Below the pieces are notes generated by a model. That model ran no database searches. It was not told the DNA's origin and saw only the letters and a program-made list of their open reading frames with translations. A stretch of 64,000 nucleotides of DNA, taken from assembly GCF_006345805.1 (NCBI RefSeq), contig NC_043008.1, forward strand, positions 41,664,001 through 41,728,000, in the 5' to 3' direction. This DNA is from Octopus sinensis. Lineage: Eukaryota. The position numbers were made by a program, and so were the translations under genes. Below, piece after piece: positions 52,340-64,000 of the stretch; position 1 is the first letter of the stretch, and every line of letters begins with the position of its first letter.

Positions 52340-54251
52340 TAGTCAATCTATCTGTCTGTCTATCTATATGTTTATCAATCTATCTATCTAGCTGCCTGTT
52401 TATTTGTCTATCTATCTGTTTATCAGTCTATCAACCTATCTCTGTGTATGAGTAAATTTAGTTAGATTTATATTTATGTACTGAGGTTTTATTAGTTTTT
52501 GAATGATATGGCTTTTATGGCATTTAAAACGTTAATGTTTATTGCAACTGTAATGAGTTTACAGCAAACAAGAAATGACGTCGTTGAATTAACTTATAAA
52601 ATGACTCTCTGCTAAAAATTTTCAACAGTCAACCTATTTTGTCATCAAGCATAATTGTGAATGATTGTTAACCAAAAACAAATCACAAAATTCATTAAAA
52701 TATATTAGGTTTCAGAAATGTTTCATTGTATATTCATCAACTGAGATTCGAACGAGAGTGTGGCAAACATACTTATTGTTAACAGAACCTCAACTGAACG
52801 GAACTCACCCGTCTTTTTGTTAATGATGAAGATTTTCGCTTGTTGACTCGTGTCTATCGTTGTTCGTGTTGTTGGAGGTGGCGGTGTCTTTGTTGGATTG
52901 TTTTTCTTTTTCATTTCTATTTCTTCTGGTGAGATTATTCATCAAACATTTTCCATGCATGACCTTTACGTCAGTCTCTTTGCATATCTTATTCAGCGGG
53001 TATTTTAACACTTTAAGCATTATCTAATCGATCGGTGAGGTATATATCTACTGTAGGAAGTCGAACATTTGAATCGACCGAAATATTCCTGAGGGGAAAA
53101 AGGAAAAGAAAATGCCTGGCTGTCAGACATATTAACACAGTCGGTGTACATAAACGCGAAAACAACAACATTCTATACGCAAATGTAGGTAAAGGGAAAT
53201 AACGCGTATACACCCACACACGCAAAACATATACAAGTTTTTAATACATACATGACCATGTACAGAATCACGTTCTGACTGAATGGTAATATAGAAAATA
53301 TATTTTTATGGCGTTTACACTATATATGATTAAATATGTATAAATTAAAAAGAAAGTTCATAGAAAAAAACACATAAACTCTAAAAATTTGACGTGATCA
53401 ATATTGACACACATCCGAAAACACTATGGTAACTTATATGTATATCCGTATGTCTGTATCTGGAAAAGGTCTTCCTATATGATGCGTAAATTCTCTCTTT
53501 CATTCTCTGCCTCCCACTAGCTCTGTCTCTCTCTCTCACTAATTCTTTATTTTTCTCCCTCTCTATCAGTCTATATACCATTTACCTTTGTTTTATTCAT
53601 TTTTTTTTGTAATGCATGTCTCAAATCAGAGTGATATTTCAGATGTTTAAGTTTAAAGGTGGTGATTAAATAACAACCAAATACGTATGCAATGCAACGA
53701 AGCGATGGGTTTTCGATATTTGTTACAATGAAGCTGCTTTCTTTGTGAACGCCATTTATATTGAATGATATCCTTGAATTTCATTTGAATACATGCCAGA
53801 AGCGTTGAATGTAACGGATTTTTATAGATTTATGCATTTATTTAATTATTTATCCTGTTATTTGTTTTAAGTATATTTCAGTGGTAGTCTTTTGAATGTT
53901 ATTGACATAAAAATCATGGGAAATAAAACATTGGTGACCTTTTTAGAACTAAATTTTTTTGAATATTTAAATATATATTCTTTTGTGCAGAGAGTTGTAT
54001 TTTCATTTTAATGTCATTTATATGTCGGGAATTGAAAGCAAATATCGTCGCAAGCTATATCAAGGAATATATAATTTACCGAACGTTTCAGTTTCCAATA
54101 CGGGTTCGTTACTCAATGAATTCGCTTATGCTGCACCGCCTAGTATTATCAAAACTTGAAAATTATGCATATCGCAACTTTCCAATAATCACTTCACTAA
54201 AAATATGCCAGTGTACAAGGTTCAAATTAGTATATTTATAATTAGTGCTAC

Positions 54252-54293
<42 letters not shown>

Positions 54294-54339
54294 TGTTGTT
54301 GTTGTTGTTGTTGTTATCATTATTTATTTATTTATTGTC

Positions 54340-55457
54340 TTTGAACAGCTTCTATCGCTAGAGATGTACTACGGTGCCAGATGTTCACTACCAGTGAATT
54401 AAGGCAACACCCTGCAGGTGTTCCACCCTCATTGCAACCCCTATTTATTCTACGTACTTCTCAAAACTTTTCTCGCTGTTCTCAGGGCTCCGACAATTTT
54501 TGGTACTATTACCACCTTTTTCACCGACCACAACTGCTTAACCTCCTAAGCTAACCTGTCATATCTAACGACTTTGCTTTCCTCCTTATCGCACACCTTG
54601 TTGTTAACTGGGCATGCTATATCTATGATCCAGCATCATTTCCTTTCTTTCTCAATGAACAATATGTCTGGCTTCTTATTCTCTATCTCATGGTTGCACT
54701 GAATCATAAAATCCTATAGGATCTCTGCATTATCATTTTCGATGATGCCCTCGGGTTTATGTTCGTACCACTATTTTGCTCTGTCAAGTCAATACTTGTT
54801 GCTAAGTGTCCAAAGGACAATCCTTATTATATTGTCATAACGTCTCTTATATACTTTCTGGGGTTTGGCGTACATTGACTGGTAATATGCCATACTGTTT
54901 CACCTTTTTGTCTGCAAATTCTGCACTTATCACTTTCTGGTGTGTTGTCTATTCTATATTTGATGTAATTCGTTCTTAATGCTTGCTCTTGGACAGCACA
55001 GATTAGAACCTCTGTTTCCGATTTTAAATCACTCTTAGTCATCCATAGCCATCTTTGTTTCTCTGTCTGTCTTCTTATCTTCAACATCCCTCTTAAATTG
55101 TCCATGTATTCTTTCTTTATCCACCTGTTTTCAGTGTTATTCATTCTCAACTGCTTGTACAGTGCTTTATCTTTGCAAACTTTCATCCTACAGAAACATG
55201 AGCTTCTTACTTCCAATAATTGTGGTTCTGTGGCATTTTTTATACACCATGCTATGTTGTTGTCTTCTGCTCTAACACTGATTGTATGCTCTGTTCGCAT
55301 CCAATCAGTCCTCTTCCCCTCATTTTCTTGGTACATACAGTCTGTCTGTGTCACTTTTTGGGTCGAGTATCCCATATCTAGTCAGCAGCTTCCTTCTTTC
55401 TAAGCTGTTTAGTTCCTCTATTGTCCATTCCATTACCCCTGCTCCATATCTAAGGAG
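54340..55457 (-). mobile_element. R4/Dong-clade 3' fragment (thumb, CCHC knuckle, RLE)
   Basis: LRYGAGVMEW..PKSDTDRLY, DLKSETEVLICAVQEQALRTNY..KCRICRQKGETVWHITSQC, WYEHKPEG..KPDIL; 3' end abuts (ATT)n/(GTT)n at 54252-54335. Confidence 0.9.
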
Positions 55458-55574
55458 TGAAACCACCAATGGAAGTATTTGTGAATATGTGTGCGTACGC
55501 GTATGTGCAAAACCATAGACAAAGAAAATTTTAAAATGAGAGATATAGAACGACTTATTAACGCAGGAATGATT

Positions 55575-56490
55575 TTAGTTTCGAATGTTGACGCAAGACT
55601 AGTAATTTCAGGGGTAGGGGAATGTTTATTACGTCGACACCAGTGCTCAGCTGGTACTCATTTTATCGACACCGAAAGGATGAAAGACAAAATCAACCTC
55701 AGCAGAATCGACCGCAACAGAACGTAAAGACGGATGAAACGTCGCTAAGCATTTAGTCCGGCTTGCTAACAATTTTGCCAGTTCGTTGCCTTATAAGGGA
55801 AATATAATACTTATTTATTTACTACCCACGAGGGGCTAAACACAGAGAGGACAAACAAGGACAGACAAACGGGTTAAGTCGATAATTCGACCCCAGTGCG
55901 TAACTGGTACTTATTTAATCGACCCCGAAAGGATGAAAGGCAAAGTCGACCTCGGCGGAATTTGAACTCAGAACGTAGCGGCAGACGAAATTCCACTCAG
56001 CATTTCGCCCAGCGTGCTACCGATTCTGCCAGGGAAATATAATACTGGTTTCTTATTTTGGCGCTGGGCCAGCAATTTCGCTGGATGGGTAAGTCGATTT
56101 CATCGACCCTAGCGTTCAGCTGGTACTTATTTTCTCGACACCGAAAGGATAAAAAGCAAAGCCGACCTCGGTGAAATTTGAACTTAGATTGTAACTACGG
56201 GAAAAATGCAGCCAACCATTTTTGCCGGCGAGCTAACTATTCTGTCAGGTCATGGTTCTATAACGGACGTAAACTATTGATTTCAAATTGCGGAACAAGG
56301 CCAGTAATTCAGAGGGAGGGAGCAGGTCGATTTCACCGGCCCCTGTTCTCAACCGGCGCTTATTTTATCGATTTCGGAAGGATGAAATGTAAAGTCGACC
56401 ACAGTAGAATTCGAACCCAGAACGTAAGATAACGAAATGCCGCTAGGTATTTTGAGCAGCGTGCCAATGATTCTGCCAGCTTTCCACCTT
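55575..56490 (-). mobile_element. Head-to-tail array of four type A SINEs; the second has a 16-bp TSD
   Basis: Four same-strand cores; AGGGAAATATAATACT at 55796-55811 and 56031-56046. Confidence 0.88.
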
Positions 56491-57054
56491 AAAACGGAGA
56501 TATGATAATAAAGTCACAAGAGACATAGATTTCGCTGCCATTTGGTGATTTCTGTGTGGGAGAGAAACATACAGAGAGTGAGAGAGCGGGAACGACAGAG
56601 AAAGAGCGAAAATGAGAGTGAGAAAGAGGAGACAGAAAGCGAAAAAGAGAGAGAGAGAGAGAATTTGTGTGCAAACATATTTTAGTGTCTGTGTGTTCGT
56701 TACAAGGTAGTTGTTAAGGTGAGTTTAAGATAGTCGAACTGCTACTTGTGTGAGTCTATCTTTTCTTGCGTGTGTATCTCTGTTCGAGCGCTGGATATAT
56801 GTGTGATGTAGTCCTTTGTTTGTATTTTAGCGTGTGATACATAAACGTTTGCAGTATGTATTGGCGAGGAAATGCTGAAGGGTTTGTTATCAATGATGAT
56901 TTTTGTGCCTAATTTAATTTATATATGTAAATAGATAAGTGTGTCCGTGCGTGTGTGTAGTCATTGTTTGTGCGTGGTAGTGAGGATATATGTGTGTATC
57001 TTTTGCATTCGTGCATGTGTGTAGTTGGCGTGGCCTGATATCTTTTATCACTTT

Positions 57055-57270
57055 AAGGGGGCGAGCTTGCAGAAGCATTAGCACGCCGAGCAGAATGTTT
57101 AGCAACACTTCGTCCGCCTTCACGTTCAGAGTTCAAATTCTGCCGGGGCTCACTTTGCTTTTCATCCTTTTGAGGTCGATAAAATATGTACCAGCTGAGT
57201 ACTAGGGTCGATGTAATCGGCTCGATCCCCCGCCCCCCGAATGTGCTGACCTCATGCAAGAATTTGATAC
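57055..57270 (+). mobile_element. SINE type A
   Basis: GGCGAGCTTGCAGAAGCATTAGCACG head plus core. Confidence 0.82.
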
Positions 57271-57319
57271 CAATATCTTTTCTCAGTTTGTATTAGTTGT
57301 TAGTATATGGTTACAGAAG

Positions 57320-57590
57320 GCGCGTGGCTTAATGGTTAGGACATTCGGCTTACAATCGTAAGGTCGTGAGTTCAATTCCCGGCGACGCGTTGTGTCCTTG
57401 AGCAAGACACTTTATTTCATGTTGCTCTAGTCCACTCAGCTGGCAAAAATGAGTGATACCGGAGAACTACGTAAAGGGTACACATGTCTGTGGAGTGCTC
57501 AGCCACTTGCACGTTAATTTCACGAACAAGCTTTTCCGTTGATCGTATCAGCTGGAACCCTCGTCGTCGTAACCGACGGAGTGCTCCTAT
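57320..57590 (+). mobile_element. SINE type C with long tail
   Basis: tRNA-like head GGCGCGTGGCTTAATGGTTAGG, CORE-like GTCCTTGAGCAAGACACTT, tail GTGGAGTGCTCAGCCACTTGCACG. Confidence 0.82.
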
Positions 57591-58744
57591 ATGGTTACGT
57601 CTGTGCCTGTGTGCAATTATGCGCACGTGTGAAGTTATAAATAACGTCTTTTTGATGCGATATGTGAGTAGAAGCGTTTATGTCGATATATGATGCTCTT
57701 GTGCGATCAATGTGGTTCTATGTCCTTAATCCGCTTTTTGCTTTTGTTTATAGTGTGACTGCTTGTGAATATGTGTCCGTGTGAATTTATACAGAACGTC
57801 CAAATGACTGGGGATGTGTCCGTGTAGACATATTTCTGCGTGCATATGGAAATGACTCGTGTATAGTGCGCGTACACAGGGGTATGTGGTGGTTTCAGTG
57901 CATGGGTATGTGCTTATAATTGTCGCTGGGGAGATCAGAGTACGGCCATTATCTCAACAAGAACCGGGAAACGGATAAGCTATCAACAGCGCCTTTGGTT
58001 ACTGAGAACCATATACACTCGATATAATGCGTGCATTACGCCCTGATTTGATCCATGGACTTCTTACCTCTACACGCAGTATACTCTATATGTGTGTATG
58101 TGCATCTGTGTGTTCTTGTGTGTATATATATATATATATATATATACATATATCTTTCAAGAAAATTTCATATTAACTTAGTTGCTGACTCTGTTCTATA
58201 ATCGCAGCATTCTATAAAATATTCATTTTGATAGATTATAATTTTGGGGGGAACACTTCAGACAATTAATCAGAGAATAAATGAATAAATAAATTGTTAT
58301 CAAAGAATATACGTGATATGGATGATTTCTTCCGTTAAAACATTCATGGCAATTATATCCGACAAAAGGAAGTAATTTTCTTAAACTAAGATTCAATTGA
58401 CTCCGCTAGTTTACGAAGATAATTCTAGATTGATTATTTATGTAAATATTATTTTCATTTCATTTGCTTTACTATTTAGAATTCCAAGTACAGAGGTTTC
58501 TGAAAAGCTAACGCGTTTCCCTATGGTGTGTGAAATTCTAAACATATTTCGAGCAGCATTTGGAAGCCATTTCTTTGCATATTGCTTTAATACCATCATT
58601 TTGTCATACTTTCTTTAATTCTCCAATATCTTTTTTCTTCTAACAAGCGAATGAGCTCTCGTAGGGTTGGTTGTTCTGCGAGGAAAATCTACAAATTATT
58701 CGTTAAAATATATTCATCCTGCTCAAACAATAAATAATAAACTG

Positions 58745-58950
58745 GTACTCTGTCGGTTACGACGAGGGCTCCAGTTGATCCAATCGACGGAACAGCCTGC
58801 TCGTGAAATTAACGTGCAAGTGGCTGAGCACTCCATAGACATGTGTACGTTTAACGTAGCTCTCGAGGAGATTCAGCGTGACACAGAGTGTGACAAAGCT
58901 GGCTCTTTGAAATACAGATACTACTCATTTTTGCCAGCTGAGTGGATCTA
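58745..58950 (-). mobile_element. SINE type C tail, inverted relative to 57430-57590
   Basis: GTGAAATTAACGTGCAAGTGGCTGAGCACTCCA is the reverse complement of 57490-57522. Confidence 0.82.
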
Positions 58951-59516
58951 CTGAATGATATAAACCTAGATAGTGCTGGGAAAAATCGAATGGAAATTTT
59001 TATAATGCTTTATCATAAAGTTTGTTCAAAGAAAATTAACCTACAGTTAAATAAGAACAACTTATTTCTGGCAACTAAGTAAACTAAACATTTTTAAACA
59101 GACATGCATGCCATGAATTTGCGGCCGTACCGCACAGATGTTCTTGAACACTAGCAAAACATTCCGAAATTTATTTCTTAATTTGCAGAGCATGTTGATA
59201 CCCGCAGTTATTCAGAACTTTTCTCATTAACAATCTAAATAGTTTCATCTGCTTCAAACTTATCCCTATGCAAGTCGCACTTGCATAAGTGGATTTTTTT
59301 TTCCTCCTAAATTGTCTTTGAATTTCCCATACCTCTTTAGGAATAGATTTCATTTGCTCAAGCTTAATCTGGTACTTTCAATTATTATAACGAGTTAAAT
59401 CTAAAAAGATACAAAAGAGGGATTTATGAGTTGTTGAAGTGAAAAATTTCTACATGTGTGTGTATTTACCTTATGATGATTTTCAATCCACACACACATC
59501 TACCTCTATATATATA

Positions 59517-59544
<28 letters not shown>

Positions 59545-59557
<13 letters not shown>

Positions 59558-59730
59558 TATATATATATATATACGACGGGCTTCTTTCAGTTTCCGTCTA
59601 CCAAATCCACTCACAAGCTTTCGAACGGCCTAAGACTATAGTAGTACAAGGCACATGTCCAGGATGCTACACAGTGGGACTTCCACCCGAACTATGCATT
59701 TGGGAGGCAAGCTTCTTACCCCACAGCTAC
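59545..59730 (-). mobile_element. Type B SINE 5' half
   Basis: TACGACGGGCTTCTTTCAGTTTCCGTCTACCAAATCCACTCACAAG. Confidence 0.8.
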
Positions 59731-59984
59731 TGTATGCAACATTTTTTGTCTCCTGTTATGATGATTCTGCAATACTTTTTCACATTTTAGGCACAATTAT
59801 AATTTCATTCGAAGCATAATCTGTTTATATTGACTCCAGCACTTTTCTATTGCTTCCATTTGTCGGCTTCCAAAGGACGACTGTGAAATATGAACTGGAA
59901 ACGAAATGAACCAGAAGAAAAATCAAATAACGTTTTATTCCAACATTGTAATGACTTAGCCAATTCAGCACCAATTATCCTCCG

Positions 59985-60630
59985 AAATTTAGTGCCAGGT
60001 CATCAGGCCGTTGCCTATTTAAGCTAATCAACTACTTGATTAGTCCTTTAATTTTTCGATCTTGGAGGAATGAAAGGCTAAGTTGATCTCGACAGGATTT
60101 TAACCCAGAATGAAAAGAGTTGGAACAGATGGAACACAGTTTGCCATCAACTTCCTATAAACTAAGTTTCTTACATAAACGAAGCTCTTTCTGGTTCGAA
60201 TGAATTTTATTCCAGCAATTCCTGCATCAATATTTTATTATTTGTGAAATTAAGTTTAAATTTCATTTCGACGTAGCTTCTAATGTTCAATTTGCCTGTA
60301 AATTCCTTTATCACCGAATTTTAAGTTAAAGATTTACACAGTTTTCTAGCTAATTCGGTTAACTTTCAGTTTCTCAGAGTCAGCTTGCGACACGCTCTTA
60401 CGATTGCACCAATCCAGTCTTAATTAACATCTTTCAACAGAGATACATACATTTGCACAAATTTGGGGAAAGGGATAATAGGTTAAATTGTCTTTAGTAC
60501 TTCATTAGTATTTTTAATCAATTCTCGAAGAATTTACGGCAAAAACGACTTCTTTAAGATTTGAACTCAGAATTTAAAACCCAAAACAAATACCGCAAGA
60601 CATTTCATCTGATGCCTTAACCATTCTGCA
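59985..60630 (-). mobile_element. Two highly diverged type A SINE remnants (about 59985-60125 and 60455-60630)
   Basis: GAATGAAAGGCTAAGTTGATCTCG and GATTTGAACTCAGAA motifs. Confidence 0.5.
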
Positions 60631-62489
60631 GTAATTATAAACATATATACGTAAAATTCGTCATTCATTTTCTTTTTTAGTGTGTGTTGCTGTTGTAAGC
60701 AGTTATAGGAATTCTTGTTGCTTTTAGCGCATCAATATAATCTTCTTGAGGATTCTTTTAAAATATTTTTAGTTAGTGTTTCACAACATGGAAAATAATA
60801 TTACACAAGATTTTTCGGGGTGTTTTTTTTTTGGTATATTTTTTCTTCAAATAAGATTTAGAATTTGCTGAATATGATAAAACATTTTCTTTTCTCTTTT
60901 ATTGTTATTTTTTTTCTTCATTCATTTTGTATTTCTTTTAGATAAGAGAAAGAGAAATAGTAAAATATTTGCTTGGAAGATTAAAAAGGCTTCTCCTTCA
61001 TTAAATACATACTACAGGGTAATTTATTAGACATTAAAATGGAATATTTTTATAAACGTCTTTACAATGACATGCAGGAAGGGAAACTAAAATACGAACA
61101 GAAAATAAACGATGGGATTCTCACCAGCTCTCTACACTTCGTGCTTAAAGAATGGGTAAGGACAAACATTTAGTTATTCTACATGTAATTGTAATGAATA
61201 ACAGCAATACCTGTCATAATCGTTTTTATTTTTACTTCAAAGAACGTGGATTAGTGGAGGATGTTATTTGTTTACATTTTGCAAATACTTTATCAGAGTA
61301 AATTAAAACGCTACGGCTGCCGGAGTAAATTGCTTTAAATTCTCAGAATTTCAATGCTATATTTTCTTTCATTTTTGTTTCGCTGTAATGAACAATTTAT
61401 AATTGAAAGCTTCCTAACAAGAACAATAAAACCTGTTTAGAGTTACCCATAACTGAATTATCTGATATATCGTCTCTTTATATGAGTGTGTAGTGAGTGA
61501 TCTGAGAGATATTTGGATGTTTTTGATAGGTAGAACGATAAGTTAGAGCTTCAGTGTGCTGATATCTTTTATGCAAGAACAATATGTACCACATTTTTTA
61601 AAAATAAAATATTTCATAACGGATTATGTTTTCTTTATTTCTTCTATGTTTTAAATGCAAATCATATTAATGAAAACTTTAAACTTCATACTTGATGAAT
61701 GTGATAACATAAAGATAACTTTATTTTCGATATTGTCTTGAATATCCTGATAAACACAGTATAGTACTAGCAACTGATGTAATCCAATCATCGGATAATA
61801 AAATCAGACAGAATTCAGAAATAATTCTATATGATGAATACAGCTCCTTTCGCAAGTAGACAACAGTTATTGATGTTTAATTTATCAATTTTCCAAATAA
61901 ATGCAGGTATCTTTACTCTCTTTAAATGTAAGTAGGTTTTGCTGCTAAGTTACTAGCGATAAGGAGGGTCTTCGTTGTAGAGTATTCCCTTAATCAATAC
62001 TAATTATGAGATTTCTGAATTTTATTTTGATCTCCTTCGATTGTTTCGGTTCATTGTAAACATCTTTAAGTTCAAATAGCATGTAGAAGACTTGAACGAT
62101 TTTCTAGCTACTTCAATGGAAGTCCAATTTTTAAAACATCATAAACGGCTGTTGAAACCACCACGCTGCCAAACTGATTTAATATTTCGCTGAAGATAGA
62201 TTTTTAATGTACACAGATATACCCCATTGTCGGTAAACAAGATATTCACACTCATTTGAATATGAGGTGAAAAAGTTTATATTTCTGATATTGCCTTGAA
62301 GCATTTGGTAATAATATATAAATATACCACACATAAATGTAGAATATGTTTTACGGCTGGTGGTTTCGCGGCTATGCTTGTTATAAACATTTGTGTACTT
62401 TTGAAAAATGCTATTTCATGAATGTATTTACATGTACTGATTTAACAGTTTTTGACTCAGAAATACATTATTCAATATTTCATAAACCC

Positions 62490-62785
62490 AAAGGCGGCGA
62501 GCTGGCAGAAACGTTAGAACGCCGGGCGAAATGCGTAGTCGAATTTCGTCTGAGGTTACGGTCTGAGTTCAAATTCCGCCGAGGTCGACTTTGCCTTTCA
62601 TCCTTTCGGCGTCGATTAAATAAGTACCAGTTACGCATTGGGGTCGATATAATCGACTTAATCCGTTTGTGTGTCCTTGTTTGTCCCCTCTGTGTTTAGC
62701 CCCTTGTGGGTAGTAAAGAAATAGGTATTTCGTCTGTCTTTACGTTTTCATCCTTTTGGGGTCGATAAATTAAGTAACAGTTGCG
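62490..62785 (+). mobile_element. Young type A SINE joined to a second partial type A body
   Basis: Tail AGTAAAGAAATA followed by GGTATTTCGTCTG and a second core. Confidence 0.85.
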
Positions 62786-64000
62786 TTGTACGTAGAGTAG
62801 AAAGGAATATTTCATAAATTTAAAAGCACGACTCATCGGTCATATTTTGGTTGATGTGCGTCTCGTGGAAACGATAACTGATGTACAAGGTTACAGTTCA
62901 TTGGATGATTAAGAAAATCTCCGTTGCTATAAGTCAGCGATTGTCATGTGAGGATACTAGCAGTTGAATGACTGCTGTATGTTGTTGAGCAGCAGTTCAA
63001 TGGTGAACATAATAGACACCAGTAGTCTATTATGTTCACTGTAATAGAAACATTTCTGTACAAATTATGAAACAGTTAATTAGCTAATAGAGAGCTAAAA
63101 TATGAGACCTCATACGTTTAATATCTTATCTTAATACCCTATAGAGTGGTGAGTAGTCTTAATAATAAATACGCATTCATAAATATCTTTATTTACAGGC
63201 ATACAGACATGCGGATTTTCAGGCACATGCGCTTACACAAGGAGATATGTGTTATTCCGATTCATAGATATATGCATATAAACACAAACATGCGGTTTTC
63301 ACATGATATAGGTCTGGAATATTCTTAAAATTCACTACATATATGATTGCGAAGTGATTATGGCGAAAGAGAATCACAGTGAACTAAGGCGTACGTTTAT
63401 AGTTTGCTATGTTCTCAGGTTGAAGTAAATGTATTTATTCAATTGTTCTCGCAGTTTAGACGTCCACGTAATTCTGGTAAGATATAACCGACTGAGAAAA
63501 TAAGTAATAAATTATCATAAAAGAATAAGCTAAAGCTAAAACATAAAAGCTAGAAATTAAATATTAAAGGAGAGAGAAGTACAAATAAGGAACAGTTGAA
63601 TATTTCTGTTGCTACATTACTGTGTAGCCTACATGAATTGAAAGGCGATAAATAATGCTGTTTGGGAGTTGAAAGAATAAGTATGGGTATGGGAGTTGAA
63701 TTTCTGTGTTGGATGTGGCGGTGGACGAAGGAATTCCCGACCAGAATGTCATACAGATATGCATCCCTTCTGAAGGAGAGGTGTTAGATGCGAGGAAAGG
63801 TTCAAGAATTTAAGCAATCCGATTGTAAAAAGCTGATATTGTGGATATTGAAGATGACTGGTGCCATACCGGAAAATGTTAAGAAGGATCTTTACCCTTT
63901 GAACGGTAGATCGAGAAATTAATTTTTTGTAACTAAACACTTTCAAACTTCGGACGCTGGTAGAATGTGTTATTATTTTCAAAGTTATTTCGTGTTAAAA

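Noticed and set aside
57320-57395. tRNA-like sequence (also at 6330, 15075, 52280 and the type A/B heads)
   Set aside because: No complete cloverleaf or acceptor stem; each continues into a SINE body.
63750-63990. Possible Penelope RT remnant (minus: FYQRPK..ILEPFL)
   Set aside because: Only a few residues match, and it runs off the window edge.

Overview
Eukaryotic, AT-rich, repeat-saturated DNA. The SINE families and microsatellite load resemble octopus/cephalopod genomic DNA (inference from recalled repeat families, not a database hit). There is no CRISPR array, rRNA or true tRNA gene, and no complete protein-coding gene. Almost every ORF in the supplied track is a translated microsatellite or a transposon remnant. 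Supported content: three tRNA-headed SINE types (about 35 copies, some in head-to-tail arrays), and decayed LINEs (R4/Dong x3, RTE, Tx1/L1, CR1-like). Also present are two copies of one Penelope GIY-YIG family, an internally deleted Tc1, and many (TA)n, (GATA)n and (AAT)n tracts. Main result of the hunt: several type I hammerhead-ribozyme-like motifs sit in short Penelope-like modules next to or inside (TA)n tracts. These include a near-complete hammerhead at 48954-49004 and a 310-bp fold-back carrying a hammerhead-like motif on each arm at 1335-1645. There are also candidate spliced exons of an unrecognised protein at 15393-16909 (+), and a promoter-like, decayed spliced gene start at 18430-19089 (-). 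Repeat boundaries were read by eye and are approximate to about 10-20 bp unless exact junctions are quoted.
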